From a virus, in UHGV virus genome UHGV-1351068: DNA of 64,000 nucleotides. The stretch is one strand, 5' to 3'. Below are positions 44,026 to 54,083 of this stretch, piece by piece. The notes beneath the pieces were generated by a model. The model did no database searches. It was not told the origin of the DNA and saw only the letters and a list, made by a program, of their open reading frames with translations. Position 1 is the stretch's first letter. Every line of letters begins with the position of its first letter. A program made the position numbers and the translations under genes.

Positions 44026-44524
44026 GAAAATAGTAATAAACGAAAAGACGATATCAATTCCAAAACTTGGATTAAAGCACCATAATCTGATGAAAGATGT
44101 TAAGGGACCAGACGAAAACATGAATCTTCTTTTAGATTCAATTTGCCCAGGATTAACGGCAGCCGAATCCGATATCGTTGTACTACATTTATTAGCATTT
44201 AACAACCGAATAAAAGAAACGGTTGTTAAAGATGATTTTACCTACGATTTGAATAAAGTTTACATTTGCCAACGATTAACTCAGCGGTTAGATGGTAAAG
44301 AATTCAAATTCAGAGCTCCTCCTCGTTATTCCAAACTAGGTTCAGTAGATTCAATTTTAAGCGAATTTCTTGAATCAGTAGATGGAAAACCAATGGATAT
44401 AAACTTTATGAAGCTTCCAGCTTTTGTAACAAAGTGGGCTGATGACTTAGTAAACACTATAGCCATTGATGGACCTGAAGGACCAATCAAAGGCATGCTT
44501 AACGTAATGGAAATATTTGAATGA
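43997..44524 (+). CDS. 28: baseplate hub distal protein gp28
   Basis: 175 aa (T4 gp28 is 177 aa). Overlaps the end of gene 27. Confidence 0.8.
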   Translation: MNLNVILPIKKIVINEKTISIPKLGLKHHNLMKDVKGPDENMNLLLDSICPGLTAAESDIVVLHLLAFNNRIKETVVKDDFTYDLNKVYICQRLTQRLDGKEFKFRAPPRYSKLGSVDSILSEFLESVDGKPMDINFMKLPAFVTKWADDLVNTIAIDGPEGPIKGMLNVMEIFE

Positions 44525-46254
44525 CTAAGAAATCAGAAATGAATTCAATGCGTAGAAGAGTTATTGCTGACTCGGCTCCACAGAAAAAGGCTGAGTCTCA
44601 AGCTGATGCTCAGATTAATACGCTAGAAGATATTGGTCGTCGCTTAGACGACCAACAAGCGTCTACTGATTTGATTTCGGATGTAATAGAAACTAAATCA
44701 AATGAAATTATCAAATCAGTAGAAGATGTTTCAGCTGGTGTTGAATTAACTGCTGAAGCTTCAGAACGCACAACAGATGCTGTCTCTAAACTAAATGATA
44801 CAGCATCGTTAATTAATGATAAGCTCACGAAACTTGCCGACTTGTTATCTAAAAAGCATGATGTTCAGCAAGATGTCCAAAAGACTGGTACTGGAACATC
44901 GTTAGAAACAATAACGGAACAAGTACCTGATGCTCCGGTTCAGCAGCCGCTAGAGGAATTACTCGAAAGGCTTATTCCTCCACAGGATGATAGACGTCCT
45001 GACGCGGATTTCTTTCCTAACACAGAAGAGCAAGAGGAAAGAAAAGAACCTAACAAAGAAACTGAGGATAAGAATAAAAAGTTTCTTGGCCTAAAATTTG
45101 GAGAATTAATTAAAAGTGTTAAATCTGGTTTTGGAAAAACTATTTCATTAACAGATAAAATTAGCAGCATGCTATTTAGCTATACTGTTAGCGCTTTGGC
45201 TCAAATGGCGAAAACTGCCGCCATGGTTTTGGGCGTGATAATGCTTATAGATTTAATTAAAGTTCATTTTAATTATTGGACTAAACTGTTCGAAAAGAAC
45301 TTTGTTGAATTTAACAAGCAAGCCAAAGAATGGGGTCCGCTATTAACAGCAATAAGCGAGATGTCGAATGAAATAGTAAAATCATTCGTCAAAGGGGATT
45401 GGGGCGGATTAGCTAAAGCCATAGGTTCTGGATTGGTTGATGTAATTGACAAGCTCGGAGAAACTATTATGCTCGGAATGAGTAAGCTTCTTGCTGGAAT
45501 GTTACGCGCATTAGGATTTAACGATTCGGCAGATAACATTGAAGGTGCTGCTTTAGACAGATTTCAAACTGTTACTGGGGCAGAACTAGATGAAGAAGAT
45601 GCTAAAATGAGAGCAAAATATGTTGACCGTCAGGAAAGAGAATATGACGAACAGCCTGAATGGAAAAGAAAGCTTTCTGCTAAATTCCAAAAATTCACCG
45701 GTCAGATTGATGACGATGAATATAATAAATTGCTGAGCGGAGAGAAAAAGCAGTCAGCGTATGCAGACTTGCCAGAAGACGAACGCCTCAAAATCATCAC
45801 AGCTCGTAATAATGCTGAGGCAGAACTCAAGCGTACAAAAGCATATGTTGAAAAAACTGATGCATCTGATTCCACTCGATTAGACTCTGCTAAGGATGCA
45901 GTACAAAGCACAACAACCAGATATAAAGAATTGGAGAAATTATCTCCAGAAGTTGCAAAAGATTTAAAGGTTGAATTAGACCAATTGCAAAAGCTTCTTG
46001 ATTCTAAAATATCAGAACCTGCTCCAACTGCCGAAGCTATACCTGCAACAGAACAGCCTGAGGTTAAGCAGTCTGCTTCTATTAAAGCCGCCGCAGATAG
46101 TCGTGAAGCAGCTCGTACACGTGAATCTAATACACAGTCGCAACCTATTCAGGTTAATACCGCTGTAAATAAGAATAGCACATACGTTTATAGAACGCCT
46201 CCACAGACTTCAACAGCTGCTCCTGGAATGCAAGGCGCTATGAAAACCTCTTAA
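44521..46254 (+). CDS. 29: tail length tape measure / baseplate hub protein gp29
   Basis: 577 aa (T4 gp29 is 590 aa). Extended helical, low-complexity protein. Confidence 0.85.
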   Translation: MTKKSEMNSMRRRVIADSAPQKKAESQADAQINTLEDIGRRLDDQQASTDLISDVIETKSNEIIKSVEDVSAGVELTAEASERTTDAVSKLNDTASLINDKLTKLADLLSKKHDVQQDVQKTGTGTSLETITEQVPDAPVQQPLEELLERLIPPQDDRRPDADFFPNTEEQEERKEPNKETEDKNKKFLGLKFGELIKSVKSGFGKTISLTDKISSMLFSYTVSALAQMAKTAAMVLGVIMLIDLIKVHFNYWTKLFEKNFVEFNKQAKEWGPLLTAISEMSNEIVKSFVKGDWGGLAKAIGSGLVDVIDKLGETIMLGMSKLLAGMLRALGFNDSADNIEGAALDRFQTVTGAELDEEDAKMRAKYVDRQEREYDEQPEWKRKLSAKFQKFTGQIDDDEYNKLLSGEKKQSAYADLPEDERLKIITARNNAEAELKRTKAYVEKTDASDSTRLDSAKDAVQSTTTRYKELEKLSPEVAKDLKVELDQLQKLLDSKISEPAPTAEAIPATEQPEVKQSASIKAAADSREAARTRESNTQSQPIQVNTAVNKNSTYVYRTPPQTSTAAPGMQGAMKTS

Positions 46255-46263
46255 GGAAAAACA

Positions 46264-47316
46264 ATGATTTTTGAAGAACTGGCCGATGGCCTTGAAAACA
46301 TCAAAAAATCAGGAACTCGAATTTCCCAAGGTAAATCTAAACTGACGAATGCGCCTACCACTAAGGTGGCGCAGTTTCCGGCCGAACGCTCAGCCGGAAA
46401 CGATTCCGCACAAGATATGAGAGTACATGACTTGTATCGTAACGGATTATTATTCACAGCATATGATTTTAAAGGAAGAACTACTCCTGATTTGCGTTCA
46501 TTTAGACGAGATGTAATGTTATCGTCTGTATTCGATTCACCAATGTCAGCACTGGCTAATTCATCAAGTTCTACTACAAGTACTGCGCCGGTAGCTAATA
46601 TTCTATTACCACGGTCTAAGTCAGACGTTGATTCGGTTAGCCATAAATTTAATGATGTTGGCGATTCTCTTGTTACTCGCGGCAGCGGTACTGCTACTGG
46701 TGTATTAAGCAACGTGGCTTCTACTGCGGTGTTTGGGTCGATAGAGTCTTTAACACAAGGATTAATGGCTGATAATGGTGAACAGATTTATAACACTGCT
46801 CGTAGTATGTATGCCGGGCCTGACAACAGAACGAAAGTGTTTACTTGGGATTTAACTCCTAGGTCTGCAGATGACCTCATACAAATTATTCGCATCTATG
46901 AAATTTTTAACTACTATTCTTACGGTGTGACGGGGAATTCATCATATGCAAAAGAAGTTAAAGCTGCTATTGATGAATGGTATAAAGGAACACTTAAATC
47001 GGCAGCACCGGATGGAGCTAAAGTAGAAAACACTGTGTTTGAGCAAATAACATCGTTTTTAAGCAATGTTATTGTAGTTTCTAACCCAACTATTTGGACT
47101 GTTCGTAATTTTGGATATTCTACATCAATGGATGGTAGAGAGGATATATTTGGTCCATGCCAAATTCAGAGCATCCGCTTTGATAAAACACCGAACGGTC
47201 ATTTTAATGGGTTAGCAATCGCTCCTAATCTTCCAAGCACATTTACGCTTGAAATTACTATGCGTGAAATACTTACTCTTAATAGAGGGAACGTTTATAT
47301 CGGAGGTATTGAATAA
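46264..47316 (+). CDS. 48: baseplate tail tube cap gp48
   Basis: 350 aa (T4 gp48 is 364 aa). Synteny. Confidence 0.85.
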   Translation: MIFEELADGLENIKKSGTRISQGKSKLTNAPTTKVAQFPAERSAGNDSAQDMRVHDLYRNGLLFTAYDFKGRTTPDLRSFRRDVMLSSVFDSPMSALANSSSSTTSTAPVANILLPRSKSDVDSVSHKFNDVGDSLVTRGSGTATGVLSNVASTAVFGSIESLTQGLMADNGEQIYNTARSMYAGPDNRTKVFTWDLTPRSADDLIQIIRIYEIFNYYSYGVTGNSSYAKEVKAAIDEWYKGTLKSAAPDGAKVENTVFEQITSFLSNVIVVSNPTIWTVRNFGYSTSMDGREDIFGPCQIQSIRFDKTPNGHFNGLAIAPNLPSTFTLEITMREILTLNRGNVYIGGIE

Positions 47317-48242
47317 TGTTTACTCTCGAAGAATTTAAGAGTCAAGCGGCTGACATCGATTTCCAGAGAACTAATATGTTCTCTGTTGTATTCGCTACTG
47401 TACCCTCTAGTAAAACCCAGGCTCTTCTAAACGACTTTGGCGGAGAGCTGTATAATAATATGGGTTTAGATGGAAATTGGCTTGGATTGACACCAGGTGA
47501 ATTCAATCAGGGTATAACAACCATAGTAACACAAGGAACTCGACAGGTTGTTCGCAAATCAGGTGTGAATACATTTATGATTGGCGCAATGACACAGCGT
47601 GTTGTACAGTCGTTGTTAGGTGAATTCACAGTAGGTACTTATCTGCTTGATTTCTTTAACATGGCATTTCCGACAGCAGGCTTGATGGTGTATTCTGCTA
47701 AAATACCAGAGAATAGACTGTCATATGAAATGGATAAGTTCCATAACGCTCCTAACATAAAAATCACTGGAAGAGATATGGAGCCGTTGGTTCTTTCATT
47801 TAGGATGGACCCAGAAGCAAGCAACTATAGAGCAATGCAAGATTGGGTAAATGCAGTTGAAGACCCGGTGACTGGTCTGCGAGGATTGCCACAAGACGTA
47901 GAATGTGATATCCAAGTTAACCTTCATGCTAGAAATGGATTACCACATACTGTATGCCTGTTCTCAGGGGCTATGCCTGTAGCATGTGGAGCTCCCGAAT
48001 TTACTTACGATGGAGAAAACACAATAGCTGTGTTTGATGTCACGTTTGCTTACCGTAGCATGCAAACAGGTTCAGTTGGAAAACAAGCCGCAATGGATTG
48101 GTTAGAAGATAAAACTATTCAGAAAATTGAGACGATTAATCCAAATCAGGGCTTGAGTGCGTCTGCTTCAAGATTGTCTCGTTTAGGCGGGGCAGGTGGT
48201 GGAATTTCTAATATCACTACTTCAACAAGCAGAATAATTTAG
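47316..48242 (+). CDS. 54: baseplate tail tube initiator gp54
   Basis: 308 aa (T4 gp54 is 320 aa). Tube-fold family. Confidence 0.85.
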   Translation: MFTLEEFKSQAADIDFQRTNMFSVVFATVPSSKTQALLNDFGGELYNNMGLDGNWLGLTPGEFNQGITTIVTQGTRQVVRKSGVNTFMIGAMTQRVVQSLLGEFTVGTYLLDFFNMAFPTAGLMVYSAKIPENRLSYEMDKFHNAPNIKITGRDMEPLVLSFRMDPEASNYRAMQDWVNAVEDPVTGLRGLPQDVECDIQVNLHARNGLPHTVCLFSGAMPVACGAPEFTYDGENTIAVFDVTFAYRSMQTGSVGKQAAMDWLEDKTIQKIETINPNQGLSASASRLSRLGGAGGGISNITTSTSRII

Positions 48243-48265
48243 GGGCCTTACGGCCCCTTTGTTTT
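48242..48265 (+). terminator. rho-independent terminator after gene 54
   Basis: GGGGCC-TTAC-GGCCCC followed by TTTGTTTT. Confidence 0.7.
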
Positions 48266-48542
48266 ATGCAATGCAGCCAATAAACCCTGGCTCAGTACGA
48301 AGAAGTTTCATTTCTTCAGTAGTCCAAACTACTTTAACAGGAATAATACCTTCTGCTTTACCGTTTAGAACCGCTTCAACAAACGATGGTTCAGTTGGCT
48401 TACGGAAGATATCTTGAATAAGAACCGTCGGAGTACCTTCGTTAAACCCTTCAAGCATGATAAGCACTTCTTCGTTAAACTTCTCTGCATCTTTAACATC
48501 AGCAGACCATTCAATACCGTTAAAGCGGAATACGTGTTTCAT
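48264..48542 (-). CDS. hypothetical early protein (positional equivalent of T4 alt.-x), start trimmed to MKHVFRFNG
   Basis: 92 aa from the Met that has SD GAGGAA. Lies downstream of early promoter copy 2. Confidence 0.5.
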   Translation of the reverse strand: MKHVFRFNGIEWSADVKDAEKFNEEVLIMLEGFNEGTPTVLIQDIFRKPTEPSFVEAVLNGKAEGIIPVKVVWTTEEMKLLRTEPGFIGCIA

Positions 48543-48572
48543 ATCAATTTCCTCATTGGTTTGTGTAAGTCT

Positions 48573-48605
48573 ATAGTACCACATCCTTGTGATAAGTAAA
48601 CAACT
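48573..48605 (-). promoter_or_regulatory. T4-type early promoter (PeSL-like copy 2)
   Basis: Minus strand: ataaaGTTGTTTACT-N17-TACTATAGAC. The -35 overlaps the alt stop. Confidence 0.55.
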
Positions 48606-50732
48606 TTATGCAAGTTTTTCTGGGATACCATCCAGGTTGATAGCACCAGCCAGTAGCTCCATGGTACGTGTGTAGCTAACCTTATCTGTAGAACGGTCCG
48701 GTGAAAAGTAAATCTCATTTAAAAAGCCTTTGAACTTGCTTTCTTCAAGAGGTTCCACTTTGCCCTGTTCCATCAAGATGTCACCATCATAGAGATGAAC
48801 GGATTCATCGATTTGCTCTGGAGGAACTACCGTCATTTCTACCATGAATGTCTTGTTATTCGCTACACCAACTCCATTTCTAAAAGGAGTTCCCCATACC
48901 TTGTTAACTTTCATTGCCAACCCGCGAGGAAGAATAACTTCAGCCTCATCGCTAAAGCTTGACAAGACACCCGGGATAACTACCTTAACTTTATCGGCCC
49001 CATGAATAACGAATCCAAACTTAAACTCATCACCATAGGCAACTTCCTCGACTCTATCAACTCTTTCCAAGTTGTCTGTTCCAATAACGGAAGATACTGC
49101 ATCAATAGCTGTTTCTTTGTTTTCTAAATCAGAACTAGGTGCGTCTGGCATTAATGAATCACCAGCATTTGAATAAGCACCAAAGATAATTGGACTTAAC
49201 GAAGTAGAAACATAGTTCTGGAAATAAAACATTTTAGACTCAATGTTATCTTTAAAGTCTTCATATTTTCCTCGCTGACCACGATACAAAAGAGTGCCTG
49301 GTTCAAGACGCAAACCTTTTTCAAAGGCAGAATCGAGCGGACGAATTTTCTTGTCAATAATCGGATCGCCTAAGCTTTCCATACCAATAAGATAGTTATT
49401 AACAAATGAATAACCAGAACCACAGTAATGATGTATTGCATCTCTTTCTTCTTCGCTTAAACGAGATTGCATTTCACGGTTATATTCAATTGCTTTGGAT
49501 ATAGAATCGCCAACAATTGACACATAAGCGGATATCATATAATTGACAAGATTTTGGTATTGACGCAAAGCTCCGAAATCGTCAGCTGGAGGCATATCAA
49601 ATCCACGAGTAGCTACTTCAACGATTTTACGCATTGTTTCCATAGATGCAGGATTTTTAGCTTGAGCAATAACGTCAGCAACGTCTGAAATTCGTTGTTC
49701 AGCGATTTTCATTTTGTCTGAACCTGAAGGAATGAAAACCTTCCAGTCGTCATGCATTCTCGACATTTGGCCTACAAATAATCGCTCAACTGCATCACCA
49801 AAATTACTTCCATATCCGCCACGAACACGATAGTGCTTGATATCATCAACATAAAAAGGAATTGATTTTTCTAATCCGGCTTTGATATCTTTTTGAAGGT
49901 CTACCGTATCGCCTTCTGCGTTTAGTACTGGAGTGTTAGTAGTTAATTCGTACCAACGTTCGCGTTTATTTTCTGGCCAATCTTCATCAACATATGAAAC
50001 AAATTTGCCGTACTGTGCTCGGATTAAATCTTTTCGAGACACTTTCATTTTACTCATTACAGCGAGTTCAGATTTCTTGTCTTCTTTTTCGCCAATGGAA
50101 TTAGCCAATGCTTCGGCTTTGGTAACGCTTTCGCCGGTTTCTTTAGACACATAAACTTCGCCTACTTTGGATTCAACCTTTGTGTATAACTCATCTGAAA
50201 TTTCAGGAATTCCTTCAATCTCTTCAAGTTTCTTGCCCTTGCGAACCATAATGGAATAAGCATACTTACCTTTATAGTAAGCCATGTCTTTCATTAGATT
50301 GAAACGACCACCGGTGCGAGTAGTAATCAACCGAGCAAGAATGCGTTGAATAGCTTTATCCTGTCCTTGCATTTTCTTTGGATTAAAGCGGAACATTACT
50401 GCATCGGCTTTAATTTGTTTAACTACTTTGTTGACAGTTTCAAAGATGGTATTGATAGCACCAATCGGGTCTTGGCCTAAACCGCCTTTAAGCGCACCGA
50501 TGTTACCTTTTTCGGATACAGAGAACACGTAGACCTGGATGAATTTATCACCCATCTTGATGTTCTTAACTGCATCGCCTTGACCTGACCCGTGTACTAA
50601 GCGAATCATTAAATTGTTATTACCCGGCACCTTAATCAAAAAGACCTGTGGCACCTTAAGTTTTGGTTTAACGTTCTCGACAGGATAGATTTTGCTATTC
50701 TCTTCATCGAAAACTTCATTTAAAAGTTCCAT
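48606..50732 (-). CDS. alt: Alt-like ADP-ribosyltransferase (packaged, modifies host RNA polymerase)
   Basis: 708 aa (T4 Alt is 682 aa). Position between 54 and 30, as in T4. Late promoter upstream. Confidence 0.8.
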   Translation of the reverse strand: MELLNEVFDEENSKIYPVENVKPKLKVPQVFLIKVPGNNNLMIRLVHGSGQGDAVKNIKMGDKFIQVYVFSVSEKGNIGALKGGLGQDPIGAINTIFETVNKVVKQIKADAVMFRFNPKKMQGQDKAIQRILARLITTRTGGRFNLMKDMAYYKGKYAYSIMVRKGKKLEEIEGIPEISDELYTKVESKVGEVYVSKETGESVTKAEALANSIGEKEDKKSELAVMSKMKVSRKDLIRAQYGKFVSYVDEDWPENKRERWYELTTNTPVLNAEGDTVDLQKDIKAGLEKSIPFYVDDIKHYRVRGGYGSNFGDAVERLFVGQMSRMHDDWKVFIPSGSDKMKIAEQRISDVADVIAQAKNPASMETMRKIVEVATRGFDMPPADDFGALRQYQNLVNYMISAYVSIVGDSISKAIEYNREMQSRLSEEERDAIHHYCGSGYSFVNNYLIGMESLGDPIIDKKIRPLDSAFEKGLRLEPGTLLYRGQRGKYEDFKDNIESKMFYFQNYVSTSLSPIIFGAYSNAGDSLMPDAPSSDLENKETAIDAVSSVIGTDNLERVDRVEEVAYGDEFKFGFVIHGADKVKVVIPGVLSSFSDEAEVILPRGLAMKVNKVWGTPFRNGVGVANNKTFMVEMTVVPPEQIDESVHLYDGDILMEQGKVEPLEESKFKGFLNEIYFSPDRSTDKVSYTRTMELLAGAINLDGIPEKLA

Positions 50733-50747
50733 GACATATCCTCGTTA

Positions 50748-50755
50748 GTTTATTC
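50748..50755 (-). promoter_or_regulatory. late promoter for alt
   Basis: Minus-strand TATAAATA, then SD GAGGA, then the ATG at 50732. Confidence 0.6.
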
Positions 50756-50762
50756 TATTTAT

Positions 50763-50785
50763 ACGAAAAAAGGCCCGAAGGCCTT
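50763..50785 (-). terminator. rho-independent terminator
   Basis: Minus strand: AAGGCC-TTCG-GGCCTT followed by TTTTTCG. Confidence 0.6.
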
Positions 50786-50963
50786 AATTAATTATTGTTA
50801 CTGTGCGCCAAACCTGTAATCCATTTACTGATTCATACGCTTCGATGTTTTCTTTGAAATTTCTTAATGTATTAATGTTATTAAACTCAAGAACTTCGGT
50901 GTGAACAGAAATACCTCCACGCCCATCATCAGTTTTAGCAATTACTTCGTATAATACTTTCAT
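50784..50963 (-). CDS. small hypothetical protein (59 aa) translationally coupled to DNA ligase
   Basis: Hand-translated: MKVLYEVIAKTDDGRGGISVHTEVLEFNNINTLRNFKENIEAYESVNGLQVWRTVTIIN. ATGA overlap with the ligase stop. Below the track threshold. Confidence 0.4.
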   Translation of the reverse strand: MKVLYEVIAKTDDGRGGISVHTEVLEFNNINTLRNFKENIEAYESVNGLQVWRTVTIIN

Positions 50964-52432
50964 TTTATTCCTGTTGCCTCAGTAAAGTTAACACCAAACG
51001 CGGCTTCGAATGTATTAGCCACTTCTTTATCATATCTACGCTGTTTAATGATAGGTAAGAATAATCCTACTGTACCATCATCACGGCCTTCAGCAGTTAC
51101 CCAACCATTGCATTCAAGTTCCCAGATAGTTCCTGGAAGAGAATCTCTAATTTTCCATAGATGAGTACGGTCAAGCTCATGCAGTTCTTCGGGCTTATCT
51201 TTAAGACCTGACCCAGCGTTAACACGAATACGACCACATTCTGATACGAACATTAAGCCGCCCATTTTACCAGGTTGTTTCCTATGCTCGTATGAACCGA
51301 CACATTTCAAATCTACGGTGATAACCTCTTTAAATTTAACGAGGTTCTTAGAACGCTTATCTTCCCAATAAGCACCGATATTCTTAAGGATAATACCTTC
51401 GAGACCTTGGTCTACGTATGTCTTATAGATAGCCCGAGCTTCATGGATGTTATGTACGACATGGTTTTCAATTAGAATAACCTTGTCATAGCCTTTGCTC
51501 ATCATTTCCAGTGCACGGAAGCGTACATCATAAGCAAATCCAGGAACTTTACCTTCGGAATATACTACATCAAGCGGAACATAATCCCAAACTTGGAATC
51601 TCATACCTTCTGCTTCTTCGGCAGAGATTGTTCCTTTAATGGCCTTATTAGCCAAGCCGTTTGATTCTGTACGAGCCGTCTGTTGGAATTCCTTAGCTTT
51701 ACTTAGCTCAGGAAGCTCAGGCTCTTTAAACATATCAAACAGGTCGTTTTCTTCTTCTTTCACTTCGACATGATATACCAGCTCGCCGTCAATCATCACA
51801 CCGTTAGGATGGCGTTCGCGGGCTTCTTTGGTCATCTCGATAAGTTGACGCTTAAGTTTATCTAGACCCAGGTATTCATTACCGGAACGAGTAAGAAGAG
51901 TTACATCATCTAAATCATCTCCGCGGATTTCAGCGAAGCATCGAGCTCCATCGGCTTTAAGCTGAGCAAACGCAGGGAACTTAATATACGATAGCGCTTT
52001 CTCAGAATAAGCTGATGCTAACATCTGTGGCATCTCAGGAATTAACTTCTTCCATACCTTATTAGCAATAGAACCTGAAGCGCCGCAACGCATATCTTTA
52101 AGAAGAACCCGTACCAGTACACTAGCATCACCCTCATTCATCTTAGAGAGCAAATCTACTAGCCCCTGGATTGCCATATTACCAGTAAGTACTCGTGCTG
52201 CCAGAATGTCTTGGAGGTAATCTAGACCATCAGAAAACGTCTTTGAAGGAACATTTGGATATTTAACGGGAGTATATTCTGGAACTTTCTTAATAAAGAA
52301 TTTAAATCGCCCGGAATACGCCAGCAGATAAGCTCGTTTTAAATCAACGTTATCTTTATTGTCAATAAGAATTTGGGTTTTAGCTTTAGAACCCTTAGCA
52401 TCTTCAATTGCTTTGATGATATCAAAAATCAT
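50960..52432 (-). CDS. 30: ATP-dependent DNA ligase gp30
   Basis: 490 aa (T4 gp30 is 487 aa). Adenylation motif KADGARC. Confidence 0.95.
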   Translation of the reverse strand: MIFDIIKAIEDAKGSKAKTQILIDNKDNVDLKRAYLLAYSGRFKFFIKKVPEYTPVKYPNVPSKTFSDGLDYLQDILAARVLTGNMAIQGLVDLLSKMNEGDASVLVRVLLKDMRCGASGSIANKVWKKLIPEMPQMLASAYSEKALSYIKFPAFAQLKADGARCFAEIRGDDLDDVTLLTRSGNEYLGLDKLKRQLIEMTKEARERHPNGVMIDGELVYHVEVKEEENDLFDMFKEPELPELSKAKEFQQTARTESNGLANKAIKGTISAEEAEGMRFQVWDYVPLDVVYSEGKVPGFAYDVRFRALEMMSKGYDKVILIENHVVHNIHEARAIYKTYVDQGLEGIILKNIGAYWEDKRSKNLVKFKEVITVDLKCVGSYEHRKQPGKMGGLMFVSECGRIRVNAGSGLKDKPEELHELDRTHLWKIRDSLPGTIWELECNGWVTAEGRDDGTVGLFLPIIKQRRYDKEVANTFEAAFGVNFTEATGIK

Positions 52433-52638
52433 TATTCACCTAATTCTTCTGAAAGTTCGCTTACGCTACGATGATAAGTTAATCCATCGATATAAACAAA
52501 CCCGTTATTGATGCATTCATTCCAAATCGGGCACGATTTTGCTTCACGCCAAATTGGATTCCAACGATAAAACTGATTAACATGGCCATAATCACATGAT
52601 AACCAACGTTTACCCACCTTAGTATGAACTACAAACAT
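52432..52638 (-). CDS. hypothetical protein (start trimmed to MFVVHTKVGKRW)
   Basis: 68 aa from the Met preceded by SD AGGAGG (5-nt spacing). C/H-rich; possibly Zn-binding. Confidence 0.45.
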   Translation of the reverse strand: MFVVHTKVGKRWLSCDYGHVNQFYRWNPIWREAKSCPIWNECINNGFVYIDGLTYHRSVSELSEELGE

Positions 52639-52679
52639 ATTTCCTCCTAGGGTATGGCTATTATACCATACCCAGATTG

Positions 52680-53522
52680 TTAGCAATTAATTTGGTGGTT
52701 ATCACATGTAATACGACCGTTATTCCACCAGTCGTTTCCAGGAGGAACATGCGGACCAGGACTAAACGGAATGATAGGTTGTTTCCACCAATCTCCTGGA
52801 ACTTGTCGTGGAGGCCAATTAAAAGGATGTTGCTCTTTACGAATTTGGTCTTTGATAGCTTCTTCCCACAATCCAGAAAGAGACTTCTGCGGTTTCTTAA
52901 CGGATTTCAGAGATTCCAGGCAAGTTACAATTTGATGCCAATCTTCAACCATAATTCCAGGAGCAGTCACTGAACCTTCTCGCTCACCACGAGGCATATA
53001 AAACACACGAGTTTCAGTGTCTTCAAATACTTTGCTGGCCGCAGCAATATGTTTAGGCAAATCATCTACATAGCAGACGATGCGATCGCCGTATTTTACT
53101 TTAGCCTTTTCCAGTAAAGCATCTTTAGATTCATCATAATCGCAGACCATGATTTCTGTAAATGCATCAGGGAACAAAGCATTTAGATTGAAACGACGAT
53201 TAAGGTTAGCATCTACTGAGTTACCAAGAGCCGTGATAGCGACAAAATCGTATTTTTCTTTGAGCTTATTAACTGTAGCTAAAGCATCAGCATACGGAGC
53301 AAGATAACGAATAAAATCGCTGTTGTTGTACTTCAGAAGCAGCTTAACAGCCAGTTCTTCTTCACAATCAAACAGCTCAGCGGGTTTAATGAATTTTTCA
53401 GTAGTCATCATATCAAGGATATGCTCTACCGGAAGATTATATTTTTGGGCAAAATAAGGCAGACCACTTTGCCACTTAACGATGATTCCATCAACATCGG
53501 TTGCGATTACTGGCTTTGACAT
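52680..53522 (-). CDS. HAD-superfamily hydrolase (5'-deoxynucleotidase-like) with a Trp/Pro-rich C-terminal tail
   Basis: 280 aa. HAD motif I ATDVDGIIV and motif IV VDDLP. C-terminal ~70 aa: PFNWPPRQVPGDWWKQPIIPFSPGPHVPPGNDWWNNG. Confidence 0.55.
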   Translation of the reverse strand: MSKPVIATDVDGIIVKWQSGLPYFAQKYNLPVEHILDMMTTEKFIKPAELFDCEEELAVKLLLKYNNSDFIRYLAPYADALATVNKLKEKYDFVAITALGNSVDANLNRRFNLNALFPDAFTEIMVCDYDESKDALLEKAKVKYGDRIVCYVDDLPKHIAAASKVFEDTETRVFYMPRGEREGSVTAPGIMVEDWHQIVTCLESLKSVKKPQKSLSGLWEEAIKDQIRKEQHPFNWPPRQVPGDWWKQPIIPFSPGPHVPPGNDWWNNGRITCDNHQINC

Positions 53523-53716
53523 TCGGGGAAATTCCTCAATGCTTGTTTAAATTTGGCAACGCTATTTGCGGCACCGGTGAAATTGAACCAGATTAACCCT
53601 GGAGTGTCCGAGGGTTCTATATCAATTAATTCTATATTATAATACTCAGCAGTCTTTAGCATTTCCCTGGTGATACGTCGGGCAACCATATGACCGAAAT
53701 GAGGATTAATAGACAT
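53507..53716 (-). CDS. hypothetical protein
   Basis: 69 aa ORF in a tightly packed early operon. Overlaps its neighbours. Confidence 0.4.
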   Translation of the reverse strand: MSINPHFGHMVARRITREMLKTAEYYNIELIDIEPSDTPGLIWFNFTGAANSVAKFKQALRNFPECQSQ

Positions 53717-53906
53717 CGTCGTTAGCAGCCCTTAACTGAGTAATTGGATAAAGCTCGGATTCTGCATGGATTGAACGATTGCCATCAACCCAATTAACTT
53801 CATACCACGGTTCAACTGAGTAGGCTTTAATGGCTGGAGCCGTATCACACACAACTCCAGGAATTCCATTTGCTAATCTTACTGTACTGAAGATATGATA
53901 TTTCAT
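53706..53906 (-). CDS. hypothetical protein
   Basis: 66 aa ORF. ATGA coupling with the upstream small ORF. Confidence 0.4.
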   Translation of the reverse strand: MKYHIFSTVRLANGIPGVVCDTAPAIKAYSVEPWYEVNWVDGNRSIHAESELYPITQLRAANDDVY

Positions 53907-54073
53907 GCATCAAGCCTCACTGCCCATTCAGGCAATTCAAAGAAATCCGGAGCATCAATTTCATACTCAACGGTGTGTTGTTTAACATCAGCTGACATGA
54001 TATCAACCATTGGGTGGTTTTTCAAGCCGCAAGAAAAAATACCAGCTTTAGATTTAGGCACGGATACAATCAT
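53903..54073 (-). CDS. small hypothetical protein (56 aa)
   Basis: Hand-translated: MIVSVPKSKAGIFSCGLKNHPMVDIMSADVKQHTVEYEIDAPDFFELPEWAVRLDA. SD GAGGAA upstream. Stop overlaps the next ATG. Below the track threshold. Confidence 0.35.
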   Translation of the reverse strand: MIVSVPKSKAGIFSCGLKNHPMVDIMSADVKQHTVEYEIDAPDFFELPEWAVRLDA

Positions 54074-54083
54074 GTTAATTTCC

